NCBI GenBank assembly: GCA_015065265.1
Contig: SVQQ01000001.1
Coordinates: 5,544-69,543 of the forward strand
Source of the DNA: Oscillospiraceae bacterium
GTDB lineage: Bacteria; Bacillota; Clostridia; Oscillospirales; SIG627
Direction of reading: 5' to 3'
Length of the DNA: 64,000 nt
Every line of letters starts with the position of its first letter. The stretch's first letter is position 1. The position numbers and the translations under genes were made by a program. The notes under the pieces were generated by a model, which was given only the letters and a program-made list of their open reading frames with translations, made no database searches and was not told the origin of the DNA. Shown one piece after another: positions 15,757 to 25,150 of the stretch.

Positions 15757-16529
15757 CAGTTTTGTCCTTCGCTTTTCTTTGCTTTTTGTCCTATTTTGTT
15801 TTCAGTACGGTTCAAGAGTCTCTTTATGTTTTCTTTGTGCATAACGATTACGATAACTGAGATAAGTATAGAAATAACGGTGGCCAGAAATCCTTTGTCA
15901 GAGTTAAAGGCGTTAAGCAACATAGGGTAGAAGAAAGCGCAGATGACCGAGCCCAGAGATATGTACTTTGAGGTTGCAACAATAGACACGAAAATTACCA
16001 CAAGAATGAGGAAAACTACGGGATTAAGGCAGAGAATGGAAATTGCGGAAACCACAACTCCTTTTCCGCCCTTGAATTTGTAGTAAATGGGGAATACGTG
16101 GCCGAGTATCGCGAAAAGAGCCGCAATATAGGCGCCCCCCTCACCCATTAAGAGCATCGAGAGGATTACGGAAAAAGCCGCCTTCAATCCGTCGAAAATA
16201 AAGGTGATAACACCCCATTTTCTTCCGTAGGTCCGCACCATATTGGTAGCCCCTGCATTTCCGCTTCCGTATTTTCTTATATCCTCTTTAAAGAAGATTT
16301 TTGAAAAGATTACAGCAAAGTTCAAACTTCCTATAAGGTAAGCGAAAACTCCACACAAAAGCAGGGCAACTATTGCCCAGACACCCTTGTCTGTTTCAAG
16401 AAGTTTTAAAAGTCTTGTGTCGTAACTGAGAGGAATGGTGTTCCCGTCAATTTTAATTGCGGGTAGAATAGTGTCTCCACAAAGTTTTGTGAAGAGATAA
16501 CCGAATTTTGAAAGTTCTCCGAAGGTCAT
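15756..16529 (-). CDS. plsY: glycerol-3-phosphate acyltransferase PlsY with an N-terminal extension of about 55 aa
   Basis: GSGNAGATN and FKGGKGV motifs. The ATG overlaps the der stop (ATGA), and the stop overlaps the ispE start (TGATG). Confidence 0.85.
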   Translation of the reverse strand: MTFGELSKFGYLFTKLCGDTILPAIKIDGNTIPLSYDTRLLKLLETDKGVWAIVALLLCGVFAYLIGSLNFAVIFSKIFFKEDIRKYGSGNAGATNMVRTYGRKWGVITFIFDGLKAAFSVILSMLLMGEGGAYIAALFAILGHVFPIYYKFKGGKGVVVSAISILCLNPVVFLILVVIFVSIVATSKYISLGSVICAFFYPMLLNAFNSDKGFLATVISILISVIVIVMHKENIKRLLNRTENKIGQKAKKSEGQN

Positions 16530-17854
16530 TTGTCTTCCCCTCTTTCTCTTATGATAAGTTTAATGGGAGTACCCTTAAAACCAAAGGTGTTTCTTATACA
16601 ATTTTCAATATAACGCTGATAAGAGAAATGGAAAAGTTCAGCATTGTTACAGAAAATAACGAAAGTTGGGGGCTTGACACCGATTTGTGTCATATAGTAA
16701 ACCTTGAGGAATTTACCCTTGTCGGAGGGGGGCTGAACGCGAGAGGTCGCCTCTGACAAAACGTCGTTGAGCATACCTGTGGAAATTCTCAGGTTCGACT
16801 GTAAATTAACGTAGTTTATATGCTCGAAAAGAGTATCGATTCTCTGGCCCGTCTTTGCCGAAATAAAGACAATGGGGGCATAGGTCATATAGGAAAGCGC
16901 CTTGTAAACGTCCTCTGTAAACTTCTTGACACTGGAATTATCTTTTTCAATAGTGTCCCACTTGTTTACACAGATAACCGAAGCCTTTCCTGCCTCGTGG
17001 GCAAGACCTGCAATTCTCTCGTCCTGAGCAGTAACACCTTCGTTTGCATCTATCATAATAAGACAGACGTCACTTCTTTCAAGGGCAAGATTTGCACGAA
17101 GAACGCTGTACTTTTCAATGGCGTCTTCTATCTTTGCATTACGTCTGATACCCGCTGTGTCAATGAGGTTATACTTTCCGTGAGAGTTTTCCACAAAGGA
17201 GTCGATAGCATCTCTTGTAGTACCTGCAACGTCGGAAACGATAACTCGCTGTTCGCCGAGAATTTTATTCACAAGAGAACTCTTTCCGGCGTTAGGCTTA
17301 CCGATAACCGCAACCTTTATGGTGTCCTTGTCTTCTTCCTCTTCTTCGTCATCGGGGAAGTGGGAGACAACTTCGTCGAGAATGTCACCCGTACCCGTTC
17401 CGTGAATAGAGGAAACGGGGATAGGGTCACTGTCAAATCCGAGTTCGTAAAACTCATAGAATTCCATAGGGGGTGCGCCAACCTTGTCACATTTGTTTAC
17501 TGCCAGAACTACGGGTTTTCCCGAGCGTTTGAGCATTGTGGCAATATCTCTGTCGGCGGCGGTAACGCCTGTGGTCACGTCGGTGAGCATAATGATAACG
17601 TCGGCAGACTCAATGGCAATCTGTGCCTGAGTGAAGATGTGCTTCAAGATAACGTCGTCCGCTTTGGGTTCAATACCGCCTGTGTCAATCATCATCATCT
17701 TTTTACCGCACCATTCGGCTTCGTAATAGATTCTGTCTCTTGTAACGCCTGGGGTATCCTGAACGATAGAAATGCGTTCACCAACTATTTTATTAAAAAA
17801 AGTACTTTTGCCAACGTTGGGTCTTCCCACAATGGCAACTATGGGTTTTGACAT
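16526..17854 (-). CDS. der: ribosome-associated GTPase Der (EngA)
   Basis: Two G domains (GRPNVGKST, GKPNAGKSS; DTGG/DTAG; NKCD/NKWD) and a KH-like C-terminus. Confidence 0.95.
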   Translation of the reverse strand: MSKPIVAIVGRPNVGKSTFFNKIVGERISIVQDTPGVTRDRIYYEAEWCGKKMMMIDTGGIEPKADDVILKHIFTQAQIAIESADVIIMLTDVTTGVTAADRDIATMLKRSGKPVVLAVNKCDKVGAPPMEFYEFYELGFDSDPIPVSSIHGTGTGDILDEVVSHFPDDEEEEEDKDTIKVAVIGKPNAGKSSLVNKILGEQRVIVSDVAGTTRDAIDSFVENSHGKYNLIDTAGIRRNAKIEDAIEKYSVLRANLALERSDVCLIMIDANEGVTAQDERIAGLAHEAGKASVICVNKWDTIEKDNSSVKKFTEDVYKALSYMTYAPIVFISAKTGQRIDTLFEHINYVNLQSNLRISTGMLNDVLSEATSRVQPPSDKGKFLKVYYMTQIGVKPPTFVIFCNNAELFHFSYQRYIENCIRNTFGFKGTPIKLIIRERGEDK

Positions 17855-17882
17855 AGTCTTTTCCTTTCAAATTTTACTTACG

Positions 17883-19187
17883 TTAAGAAATAATCCCTTC
17901 GACAAAACTTCCGCCATCGCTTGTGACAACAGTCTTTACTCCAAGTTCACGTTCTACGTCCGAGAGGGTTACGTCGTCAAGGAATTTGTTGTCTTCATAG
18001 CGAAGAGCGTTCCCAGGAAGAAGAAGCAGGTCTCCAAGGACTTTTCCACGAAGTTGATTTATTATATCCTGACCTGTAAGAAGTCCTGATACAGTTACAC
18101 TTTCTCCGTAAAAATCATTTCGTATGGGATATACTTTACAATCTATATTATACCAAATTTTATTTATTTTTTCAACTGCCTGTCTTATGGTATCAAAACT
18201 TGCATAGCCTGTGGCAATACTTACAGTCTTTTTCAAGGGGTTTTCTTCCATTCCTTCAAGGTAAAAATCCACTTCGTCTATAAAAGAAGCGACCATTCCC
18301 ACACCGTTTTCCAGTTGCAAAAAGTCTTCGTAAAACTCGCTTTCGGGCAGTTTTCGACCTGCCTTTATATAGAACTCGTCGGAAGGGTAGACAAGACGGG
18401 TTTTGTATTTTTCAAGGTAATTTTCTCCCATCTTTTCAAGATAGTCGATAATTTCTTCGCAGTCCTCGGCTGTAAAGGGCTCAAGAGGGTAAAGACCTCT
18501 CCTATGCTTTGTAAGACCTACGGGAACTACCGAAATACTCTTTAAGTTTGGTGTCAATCTTTCAAGGTCTAAAAGGGTACGTTCAAGTTCCTTTTTATCG
18601 TTTACTCCTTTACAAAGGACAATCTGGGCATTGAGGTCAATACCACCGTTTTTCAGTCTTTCCATCTGGTCGAGGATTTTCCCAGCAAAGCGGTTATTTA
18701 GCATCATCTGTCGGAGTTCGGGATTTGTCGCCTGAACCGAAACGTTAATAGGGGATATGTGCATTGATATAAGGCGGTCAAGTTCCTTATCGTCAACGTT
18801 TGTAAGAGTAACGTAGTTACCGAAAAGGAAGGCAAGACGTGTGTCGTCGTCCTTGAAGTAAATACTTTCTCTCATAGAATGAGGGTTCTGGTCAATGAAA
18901 CAGAAGATGCACTTGTTTCGGCAAGACTCCTGTTTGTCCATAAGGAAAGTATCAAATTCAAGACCGATGTCGTCGTATTCACCCTTCTTTATTTTCACTT
19001 CGCGAAGGTCACCTTCAAGACTTTGTATTTCTAACACAAGGCTTTTTTCGCATAAGAAGAATCTGTAATCAAGGACGTCACGGATTGGGTGCGAGTTTAT
19101 TTGAATAAGAGTTTCCCCTTGGCGAATACCTTTTTTATCCGCCAGAGACCCTTTTGTTACCGATTTGATTTTTACCAAGTCAAACAC
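17883..19187 (-). CDS. PDZ-domain radical-SAM protein (DUF512 family)
   Basis: GTG start. The N-terminal part is PDZ-like (GSLADKKGIRQGETLIQIN). CRNKCIFC is a CxxxCxxC motif. The gene lies immediately upstream of der. Confidence 0.7.
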   Translation of the reverse strand: MFDLVKIKSVTKGSLADKKGIRQGETLIQINSHPIRDVLDYRFFLCEKSLVLEIQSLEGDLREVKIKKGEYDDIGLEFDTFLMDKQESCRNKCIFCFIDQNPHSMRESIYFKDDDTRLAFLFGNYVTLTNVDDKELDRLISMHISPINVSVQATNPELRQMMLNNRFAGKILDQMERLKNGGIDLNAQIVLCKGVNDKKELERTLLDLERLTPNLKSISVVPVGLTKHRRGLYPLEPFTAEDCEEIIDYLEKMGENYLEKYKTRLVYPSDEFYIKAGRKLPESEFYEDFLQLENGVGMVASFIDEVDFYLEGMEENPLKKTVSIATGYASFDTIRQAVEKINKIWYNIDCKVYPIRNDFYGESVTVSGLLTGQDIINQLRGKVLGDLLLLPGNALRYEDNKFLDDVTLSDVERELGVKTVVTSDGGSFVEGIIS

Positions 19188-19211
19188 CTTTTACCTTTCA
19201 GATAGCATAGT

Positions 19212-19255
19212 AAAAAAATATGCCATACCGAATAATAAACTCACGGCATGGCATA
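19212..19255 (-). terminator. intrinsic terminator after rpmF
   Basis: On the minus strand: TATGCCATGCCG, a 13-nt loop, CGGTATGGCATA, then TTTTTTT. Confidence 0.75.
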
Positions 19256-19273
19256 CTCTGTTTAGTGTTTCGA

Positions 19274-19453
19274 TTAGTTCTGCTTTATGACTTCCTCGCC
19301 ATTGTAAGAACCGCACTTTGAACAAACTCTGTGAGGAAGGTTGTATTCTCCGCACTTAGGACATACTGAAAGTCCGGGTACTTTGAGTTTCCAAACACTT
19401 GAGCGTCTTTTATTCTGTCTTTGACTGGATACTTTTCTCTTGGGTACTGCCAT
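19274..19453 (-). CDS. rpmF: 50S ribosomal protein L32
   Basis: MAVPKRKVS... with the zinc ribbon CPKCG...CSKCG. GGAGG lies upstream of ATG 19453; the track start at 19465 is upstream of that RBS. Confidence 0.9.
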   Translation of the reverse strand: MAVPKRKVSSQRQNKRRSSVWKLKVPGLSVCPKCGEYNLPHRVCSKCGSYNGEEVIKQN

Positions 19454-19505
19454 CTTACTTGACACCTCCTCATTCTTCTATATGAAAAATATAGTTTATA
19501 CTTTT

Positions 19506-20024
19506 TTAGTCCTCGTCGAAAAAACTTTCAAGGATTTTCCAACGTGGGTCCTTCTCCACTCTCACGCAACCGCAGTCACCGTCGTTCAGGTCTTTTCCAC
19601 ACTTTGTGCAAAGGCCCTTGCAATCTTCGTGGCACAGATGGGATAGGGGAAGATTTAAAATTATCATTTCCCTTACAAGTTCACCTAAATCGATAACCTC
19701 GTTTTCGGGAATTATATACTCGTCGTTGTCCATGTTTTCAAGATTTTCGGCAACGGGTGCTTTCAAATCAAGGGTGAGTTCTCTTTTTAAAGGAGTAAGG
19801 CACCTTGAACAAACGGTTTCGTATGTTACAGTTATTTCAGCCGAGAATTCAATATATCCCGACATATTGACCACTTTGCCTTTGATTCTGGGGGATTGGG
19901 GAAAGGAAACGTCGAAGTCTTTGTCATCAAGTGACACCGACGTGTCAACGTCAATTTGTCTCGTTTCACCGCGGAGCAACCCCGAAACGTCAAGCATAAA
20001 GGAATTTACAAGATTTTGGTCCAT
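19506..20024 (-). CDS. yceD: YceD/DUF177 family protein
   Basis: 172 aa with the C-terminal motif CHEDCKGLCTKCGKDLNDGDCGC. It has the conserved position upstream of rpmF. Confidence 0.85.
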   Translation of the reverse strand: MDQNLVNSFMLDVSGLLRGETRQIDVDTSVSLDDKDFDVSFPQSPRIKGKVVNMSGYIEFSAEITVTYETVCSRCLTPLKRELTLDLKAPVAENLENMDNDEYIIPENEVIDLGELVREMIILNLPLSHLCHEDCKGLCTKCGKDLNDGDCGCVRVEKDPRWKILESFFDED

Positions 20025-20067
20025 TTCTTCCTCACATTAAGGTCATTTCAGAAAAACCGCAAAGTAT

Positions 20068-20096
20068 ATTATACACACGGGTTTTCTTTTTGTCAA
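20068..20096 (-). promoter_or_regulatory. consensus sigma-A promoter of yceD-rpmF
   Basis: On the minus strand: TTGACA (20091-20096), a 17-nt spacer, then TATAAT (20068-20073). Confidence 0.7.
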
Positions 20097-20146
20097 TATT
20101 ATTTTATGTTTTTTATTTGTTTTTCACAAAAAACGTAACTTTCGGA

Positions 20147-21892
20147 TTATTTTTTCTTTTGAGCTTCAAGTTTTTCCTGTCTTGCCGCTTCTTCTTGTGC
20201 AAGAATTACAGCGTTAGACTCTTTGTAGTTTTTAAGTTTCGCATTCTTGAAGATTGTGTATCCGTAACCTGAAGTATCAAGTTTTGAAAGTTTCTTTGAC
20301 TTAAGATAAGAGTTAACGTTGAAGTGAAGGGGAGCAACGGGTGAAAGTTCAAGAAGCATTTCTTCTGCATCATGGAGAAGAGCAGTTCTTTCTTTTCTGT
20401 CTGTTGTAACAGATATCTTTTCGATAAGCTTGTTGTATTTTTCGTTGTCGAAGCCTGTTACGTGAGTTGCTGTTCTTTCTTCGCCTGTAATGTCAATTGC
20501 TTCACCGCTGAATTCCTTTGCGAAAGGAGCAAGGAAAGCGAAGGCATCGGGAGCAAGTCCCTGATAGTCGATACCGATAACGTCGAAGTCACCCTTGTAA
20601 AGTTTGTTGGTATAAGCCTTACCTGCACCTGATGAAAGGGTTACCTTGAAACCAAGTCCTTCCCAAACCTCTTTGGTATATTTTGCAATCTCAACGTCTG
20701 CTGTATCACGGAGAGTGTAGATATTGATTGTATAATCTGAGGGGGTAATTCCCGCTTTTTTAATAAGAGTTTTTGCTTCTTTGAGGTTGGCAGAAACAGA
20801 AATTAAGTCACCGCCTACTTTTCTGAACTCTTTACCTGCTTTTTTATCGTTTACACCATAGGTAACAAGACCTGTTGCAGGCTTTACACCAAGACCTGAA
20901 ATTTCAGCGATTTTCTCTCTGTCAAGAGCAAGGCTGAGTGCCTGTCTTACAAGAGAATTATCAAAAGGTGCCTTTGTTGTGTTGAAGAAATAAGAGTAAA
21001 CTGAGAGAAGGTCGGATGTTTCCATCTTCTTTTCGTTTGCCGCATAAGTTTCTTTTTCAAAAGCGCTTATGTAGTAGATTTCTCCGTTTTCAAAACGTTC
21101 CATCTGTTCTGCTGTGGTGAAGGTAAAGTCAATTGTGAGTTTATAGGGTTTTACAACCTTGTAAACTGCAGAGTCAGAACTCTTTTCTCTGTTATAAACT
21201 GCGTTTCTCTGGAAAGTCACGCTCTTGGTAGGGTCGAAGTTTTTAAGAGTGAAAGCACTGTTTGCCGAGAAATCGTCAAGAGATGCAGCCCAAGAATCTT
21301 CATTTCCTGCAACGTTGTCTTCACGACTGGCAACAAGTGCGGGACTTGATACTGCCTCAAGGAAAAGGTCAAGGTTGAAAGGGCCTTCAAACTCAATTTT
21401 TAAAAGCGAGTCGCTTTCGGCATATACGCCAAGGTCGTCGGCTGTAACGTCACCTGCTTTGTAAGCCTTAGCATTTTTAATTCCGTAAAGGAGACAAGCG
21501 GCAGGTGAACTTGTTTCGGGAGAGAGAATTCTTCTCCAAGCGTAAACGAAATCGTCTGCCTGAACGTACTTCTGGTCGTCCCAAGAAGTTTCCTTGAGTT
21601 CAAAGAAGAGCCAGTATTCACCTTTTTCTTCATCTATTTTGGTGTACCAGTCACTTGCCATACCTTTTTCTATCTTACCGTTTTCTTTAAGGACGGTAAG
21701 CCCTTCGTAAAGCAAGGTGGTGTTTTTAAAAACGTCTGCATCATACATCATAGGCACAGGGTCGTAGTTACTGATTTCCTCTGTGATGAATACAGGGATA
21801 ATCGCGCCTGTGTCGTCCTTGTCTGCCGCACAACCTGAAAGGGTGGCAACAAGCGTAAGACATACAATAATAATAGACACTATTTTCTTCAT
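20147..21892 (-). CDS. ABC transporter substrate-binding lipoprotein, family 5 (Opp/Dpp-like)
   Basis: Signal peptide with lipobox LSGC. The size (581 aa) and block pattern are typical of oligopeptide-binding proteins. No permease gene is adjacent. Confidence 0.75.
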   Translation of the reverse strand: MKKIVSIIIVCLTLVATLSGCAADKDDTGAIIPVFITEEISNYDPVPMMYDADVFKNTTLLYEGLTVLKENGKIEKGMASDWYTKIDEEKGEYWLFFELKETSWDDQKYVQADDFVYAWRRILSPETSSPAACLLYGIKNAKAYKAGDVTADDLGVYAESDSLLKIEFEGPFNLDLFLEAVSSPALVASREDNVAGNEDSWAASLDDFSANSAFTLKNFDPTKSVTFQRNAVYNREKSSDSAVYKVVKPYKLTIDFTFTTAEQMERFENGEIYYISAFEKETYAANEKKMETSDLLSVYSYFFNTTKAPFDNSLVRQALSLALDREKIAEISGLGVKPATGLVTYGVNDKKAGKEFRKVGGDLISVSANLKEAKTLIKKAGITPSDYTINIYTLRDTADVEIAKYTKEVWEGLGFKVTLSSGAGKAYTNKLYKGDFDVIGIDYQGLAPDAFAFLAPFAKEFSGEAIDITGEERTATHVTGFDNEKYNKLIEKISVTTDRKERTALLHDAEEMLLELSPVAPLHFNVNSYLKSKKLSKLDTSGYGYTIFKNAKLKNYKESNAVILAQEEAARQEKLEAQKKK

Positions 21893-21977
21893 GGTGTTCC
21901 TCCTGAAAAGATAATGATAACAGCAAATGAGAACTTTAACTCATTTCTGTTCTCTTTCGCGTACTAATTCATAGTGT

Positions 21978-22006
21978 ATTGTACCACAAACACCTTTTTT
22001 TTGCAA
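21978..22006 (-). promoter_or_regulatory. extended -10 promoter of the Opp-like gene
   Basis: On the minus strand: TTGCAA (22001-22006), a 17-nt spacer ending in TGg, then TACAAT (21978-21983). Confidence 0.6.
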
Positions 22007-22025
22007 CGATAATTTTTAACTTTTT

Positions 22026-22043
22026 ATCTATTGCACAATAGAT
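22026..22043. promoter_or_regulatory. perfect 18-bp palindrome, candidate operator
   Basis: ATCTATTGCACAATAGAT lies about 20 bp upstream of the -35 element of the Opp-like promoter. Confidence 0.3.
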
Positions 22044-22223
22044 TTTTTCTTTTTTCGGCATTTTTTACAAAACACACTGTAAAAAGCGCTTTCCCAGTTA
22101 ATTTCTCCTTAACAAAATTATGACGGTAAACCCGCCCGAAGAATATAATGTTAACGAGCAGTCCACGCCTTTTCTTCCCCAATGAGAAAGTGTTGCTGCT
22201 TATTTTATGAAAGGAGTAAAAAG

Positions 22224-22754
22224 ATGACTTTTTTGATTTATATACCGATATTATTGGCTTTTCTTGTCGCTACTGTGTCTTATTCCCGCAGTAACAGAGA
22301 CCTTTGCTATGAAGCCTCGTGCAGTCGAGTGAGAGGAAACTGCTTCAGAGAAGGACATGACTTCGGATGCGACACTTGCAATACCACCACCCACCGCTGT
22401 GCAAACAACAATATCGACCTTGCCTGTGCCAGATTTAAAAAAGCACCTGTATGTGAGTGCCAGTGCCGTCTGGAAGAACTTCAGAACCTTGCAGACAACG
22501 GTTTTGAAATCTGGCGCACTGACCCCGCCGCTGTTGCCGCAGACTTTATGCAGAACTGCTTTATCGACCCCTGCTTCAGAGGTTATCCAAGTTATGTTGC
22601 AGGAACTTGCAACTGCTGTGACAAAACCTACGTAGTGCTTGGCGTAAGTTGTGCAGGATATATGATTTTCGAGCTTTGTCAACCTGTGAAATCCCGCGAG
22701 GGCGGTATCTGGACGGTTACCCGATACGGAAAATACAACGGTTGTTTTTCTTAA
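22224..22754 (+). CDS. orphan Cys-rich protein with N-terminal transmembrane/signal anchor
   Basis: ATG 22224 follows AAAGGAG. The N-terminus MTFLIYIPILLAFLVATVSY is hydrophobic. There are 18 Cys in 176 aa. I recognise no family. Confidence 0.6.
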   Translation: MTFLIYIPILLAFLVATVSYSRSNRDLCYEASCSRVRGNCFREGHDFGCDTCNTTTHRCANNNIDLACARFKKAPVCECQCRLEELQNLADNGFEIWRTDPAAVAADFMQNCFIDPCFRGYPSYVAGTCNCCDKTYVVLGVSCAGYMIFELCQPVKSREGGIWTVTRYGKYNGCFS

Positions 22755-22780
22755 ACAAACAATTTAACATAAGACGAAAG

Positions 22781-22808
22781 AGCGCAGTCGCAAGGCTGTG
22801 CTTTTTTG
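22781..22808 (+). terminator. intrinsic terminator
   Basis: Stem AGCGCAGTC / GGCTGTGCT (with two G-U pairs), followed by TTTTTT. Confidence 0.55.
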
Positions 22809-22837
22809 TTGACTTTTTTTCTCTTGTATGATATGAT
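22809..22837 (+). promoter_or_regulatory. sigma-A promoter of the ruvCAB block
   Basis: TTGACT (22809-22814), a 17-nt spacer, then TATGAT (22832-22837). Confidence 0.6.
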
Positions 22838-22889
22838 AAAATGTAACGAATTATAAATTGGGATAATTTTGGAATACGGATTTGAAAAA

Positions 22890-23414
22890 ATGATAATATT
22901 AGGTATAGACCCTGGAATTGCCACAGTAGGCTGGGGAGTAGTCAGCCTTGATAAAGGCTCTTTTCGTTATATCGACTGCGGAACTATAAGAACCCCGTCG
23001 GGTATGCGAGTTGAAAGACGCCTGTATCTGATACATATGGCACTTTGCGACATAATCAAGAGGTACACTCCCGACGAAATTTCAATAGAAGAACTTTTCT
23101 TCAACAACAATCAAAAAACAGTTATAAACGTAGCACAGGCAAGAGGCGTTATCCTCTTTTGCGCAGAGGAGCACAGAATACCCGTTTTTGAATATACGCC
23201 ATTGCAGGTAAAACAGGCTATGGTAGGCTACGGCAGGGCAGAAAAGAAGCAAGTTATGGAAATGACCAGAGTTTTTCTGAAACTTGACAGCCACCCAAAG
23301 CCCGACGACGCGGCGGACGCTCTGGCACTCTCTATATGCCACGGACATACAAGAGGCAGTAAAATGAGAGGGCTTACCACAATAAAATATTCCAAGAAGA
23401 CAGGCGGAAACTAA
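22890..23414 (+). CDS. ruvC: Holliday junction resolvase RuvC
   Basis: MIILGIDPGIATVGWGVV is the canonical RuvC N-terminus. The track's TTG start at 22869 would add 7 aa. Confidence 0.9.
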   Translation: MIILGIDPGIATVGWGVVSLDKGSFRYIDCGTIRTPSGMRVERRLYLIHMALCDIIKRYTPDEISIEELFFNNNQKTVINVAQARGVILFCAEEHRIPVFEYTPLQVKQAMVGYGRAEKKQVMEMTRVFLKLDSHPKPDDAADALALSICHGHTRGSKMRGLTTIKYSKKTGGN

Positions 23415-23415
23415 G

Positions 23416-24021
23416 ATGTATTATTATATTTCTGGCAAACTTGTGCTTGTGGGCAAGGGCTTTGCGGTAATAGACAACAATTCAATAGGCTACGGTATGT
23501 CGGTAAGCGATAAGACCGCAGGACGACTTATTTCAAAAGAGGGAGAAGAGGTACGCCTTTATACCTACTTCCACGTTAAAGAGGACGCCCACGAACTTTT
23601 CGGCTTTTACTCCATGGAGGAAAAGAAGATTTTTGAAATGCTTATCTCCATTTCGGGAGTAGGACCTCGTGCCGCTATGGCGATTTTATCTGCTCTCACC
23701 CCCGAACAGTTCACAATGGCGGTGCTCTCGGAAGACGCAAAGGCGATTTCTTCGGCGCAGGGCATTGGAATAAGAACTGCCCAGAAGATTATACTTGAAC
23801 TTAAAGACAAGTTAGGTAAAGACGATTTTGTTTCTGTCTCACCTTCGGCACAAAAGAACAAAGGCGTCACAAACAGCGCTATGAAAGACGCTCTGATGTC
23901 CCTTGAAGCACTGGGATATACCAGAAGCGAAGCCATGAAGGCTATGAGTGTTGAAGGAAATGATAAGATGACGGTGGAAGAACTTATCCGTATATCCCTT
24001 AAAAGACTTACAAAACAGTAG
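23416..24021 (+). CDS. ruvA: Holliday junction branch migration protein RuvA
   Basis: HVKEDAHELFGF, the GVGPRAAMAILS HhH motif and GIG.RTAQKI. Confidence 0.9.
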   Translation: MYYYISGKLVLVGKGFAVIDNNSIGYGMSVSDKTAGRLISKEGEEVRLYTYFHVKEDAHELFGFYSMEEKKIFEMLISISGVGPRAAMAILSALTPEQFTMAVLSEDAKAISSAQGIGIRTAQKIILELKDKLGKDDFVSVSPSAQKNKGVTNSAMKDALMSLEALGYTRSEAMKAMSVEGNDKMTVEELIRISLKRLTKQ

Positions 24022-24040
24022 AAACTAAAAAGGTGTACTG

Positions 24041-25132
24041 ATGAACAAAGATTATAATTTTGAAGACGGTTTTGACGTTCAGGATTACAGACTTATATCC
24101 ACTTCGGAAACTGAGGAAGACAGCGAGAACTCAGGAGGGGAAAACTCTCTTCGCCCCGAAACGCTTGATGAATACATAGGGCAGGAAAAGGCAAAGGAAA
24201 GCCTTAGAATTTCCATTGAGGCTGCAAAACTCCGTGAAGAAGCCCTCGACCATATTTTGCTCTATGGCCCTCCCGGACTCGGTAAAACTACCCTTTCGGC
24301 AATAATTGCAAACGAAATGGGAGTAAATCTTCGTATAACCTCAGGCCCTGCTATTGAAAAACAGGGCGACCTTGCTGCACTCTTGTCCAATCTCTCCCGT
24401 GGAGACGTGCTCTTTATAGACGAAATACACAGACTCAGCCGAAACATCGAAGAAATACTCTATCCTGCAATGGAGGACTATGCCCTTGACATAATTATAG
24501 GCACAGGTCCTGCCGCAAGAAGTATAAGAATACCCCTTGAAAGATTTACCCTGATTGGTGCAACCACCAGAGCAGGTCAACTCTCTGCCCCCTTAAGAGA
24601 CCGCTTTGGCGTAATACACCGCCTTGAACTCTACACCGCCGAGGAACTTTGCAAAATTGTTGAAAGAAGTGCGGGTATATTAGGAATTGAAACTACCCAC
24701 GACGGAGCACTTGAAATCGCAAGACGAAGCAGAGGAACTCCCCGTATTGCCAACAGACTGTTAAAGAGAGTTCGTGACTGGGCACAGGTAAAGGGAGAAG
24801 GAATTATCGACAAACAGACAGCAGACCGTTCTCTTAATATGCTGGAGATCGACTCGCTGGGACTTGACAACACAGACAGAAGAATGCTTTTGTCAATTAT
24901 CAAAAACTTTAACGGAGGTCCTGTGGGACTGGAAACGCTGTCAGCGGTTATCGGTGAGGAATCCGTTACTATCGAAGACGTGTACGAACCCTATCTTATG
25001 CAAATAGGCTTTCTTGTACGTACCCCAAGGGGCAGATGCGTGACAAAGAGTGCCTATGACCATTTGGGTTGTCGTTACACTTTAAACGACACGGCAGGTG
25101 CCCAACTGTCTATGGAGGACAGTGACGCCTGA
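24041..25132 (+). CDS. ruvB: Holliday junction DNA helicase RuvB
   Basis: [13 protein letters not shown], Walker [10 protein letters not shown] and FIDEIHRL. Confidence 0.95.
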   Translation: MNKDYNFEDGFDVQDYRLISTSETEEDSENSGGENSLRPETLDEYIGQEKAKESLRISIEAAKLREEALDHILLYGPPGLGKTTLSAIIANEMGVNLRITSGPAIEKQGDLAALLSNLSRGDVLFIDEIHRLSRNIEEILYPAMEDYALDIIIGTGPAARSIRIPLERFTLIGATTRAGQLSAPLRDRFGVIHRLELYTAEELCKIVERSAGILGIETTHDGALEIARRSRGTPRIANRLLKRVRDWAQVKGEGIIDKQTADRSLNMLEIDSLGLDNTDRRMLLSIIKNFNGGPVGLETLSAVIGEESVTIEDVYEPYLMQIGFLVRTPRGRCVTKSAYDHLGCRYTLNDTAGAQLSMEDSDA

Positions 25133-25150
25133 TAGTCAGAAAGGACTAAA

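Noticed and set aside
16820-17851. A 343-aa ORF on the plus strand.
   Set aside because: It lies entirely antisense to der, whose G-domain motifs are unambiguous. It has no RBS and its composition is shadow-frame-like (rich in N, V, C, F).
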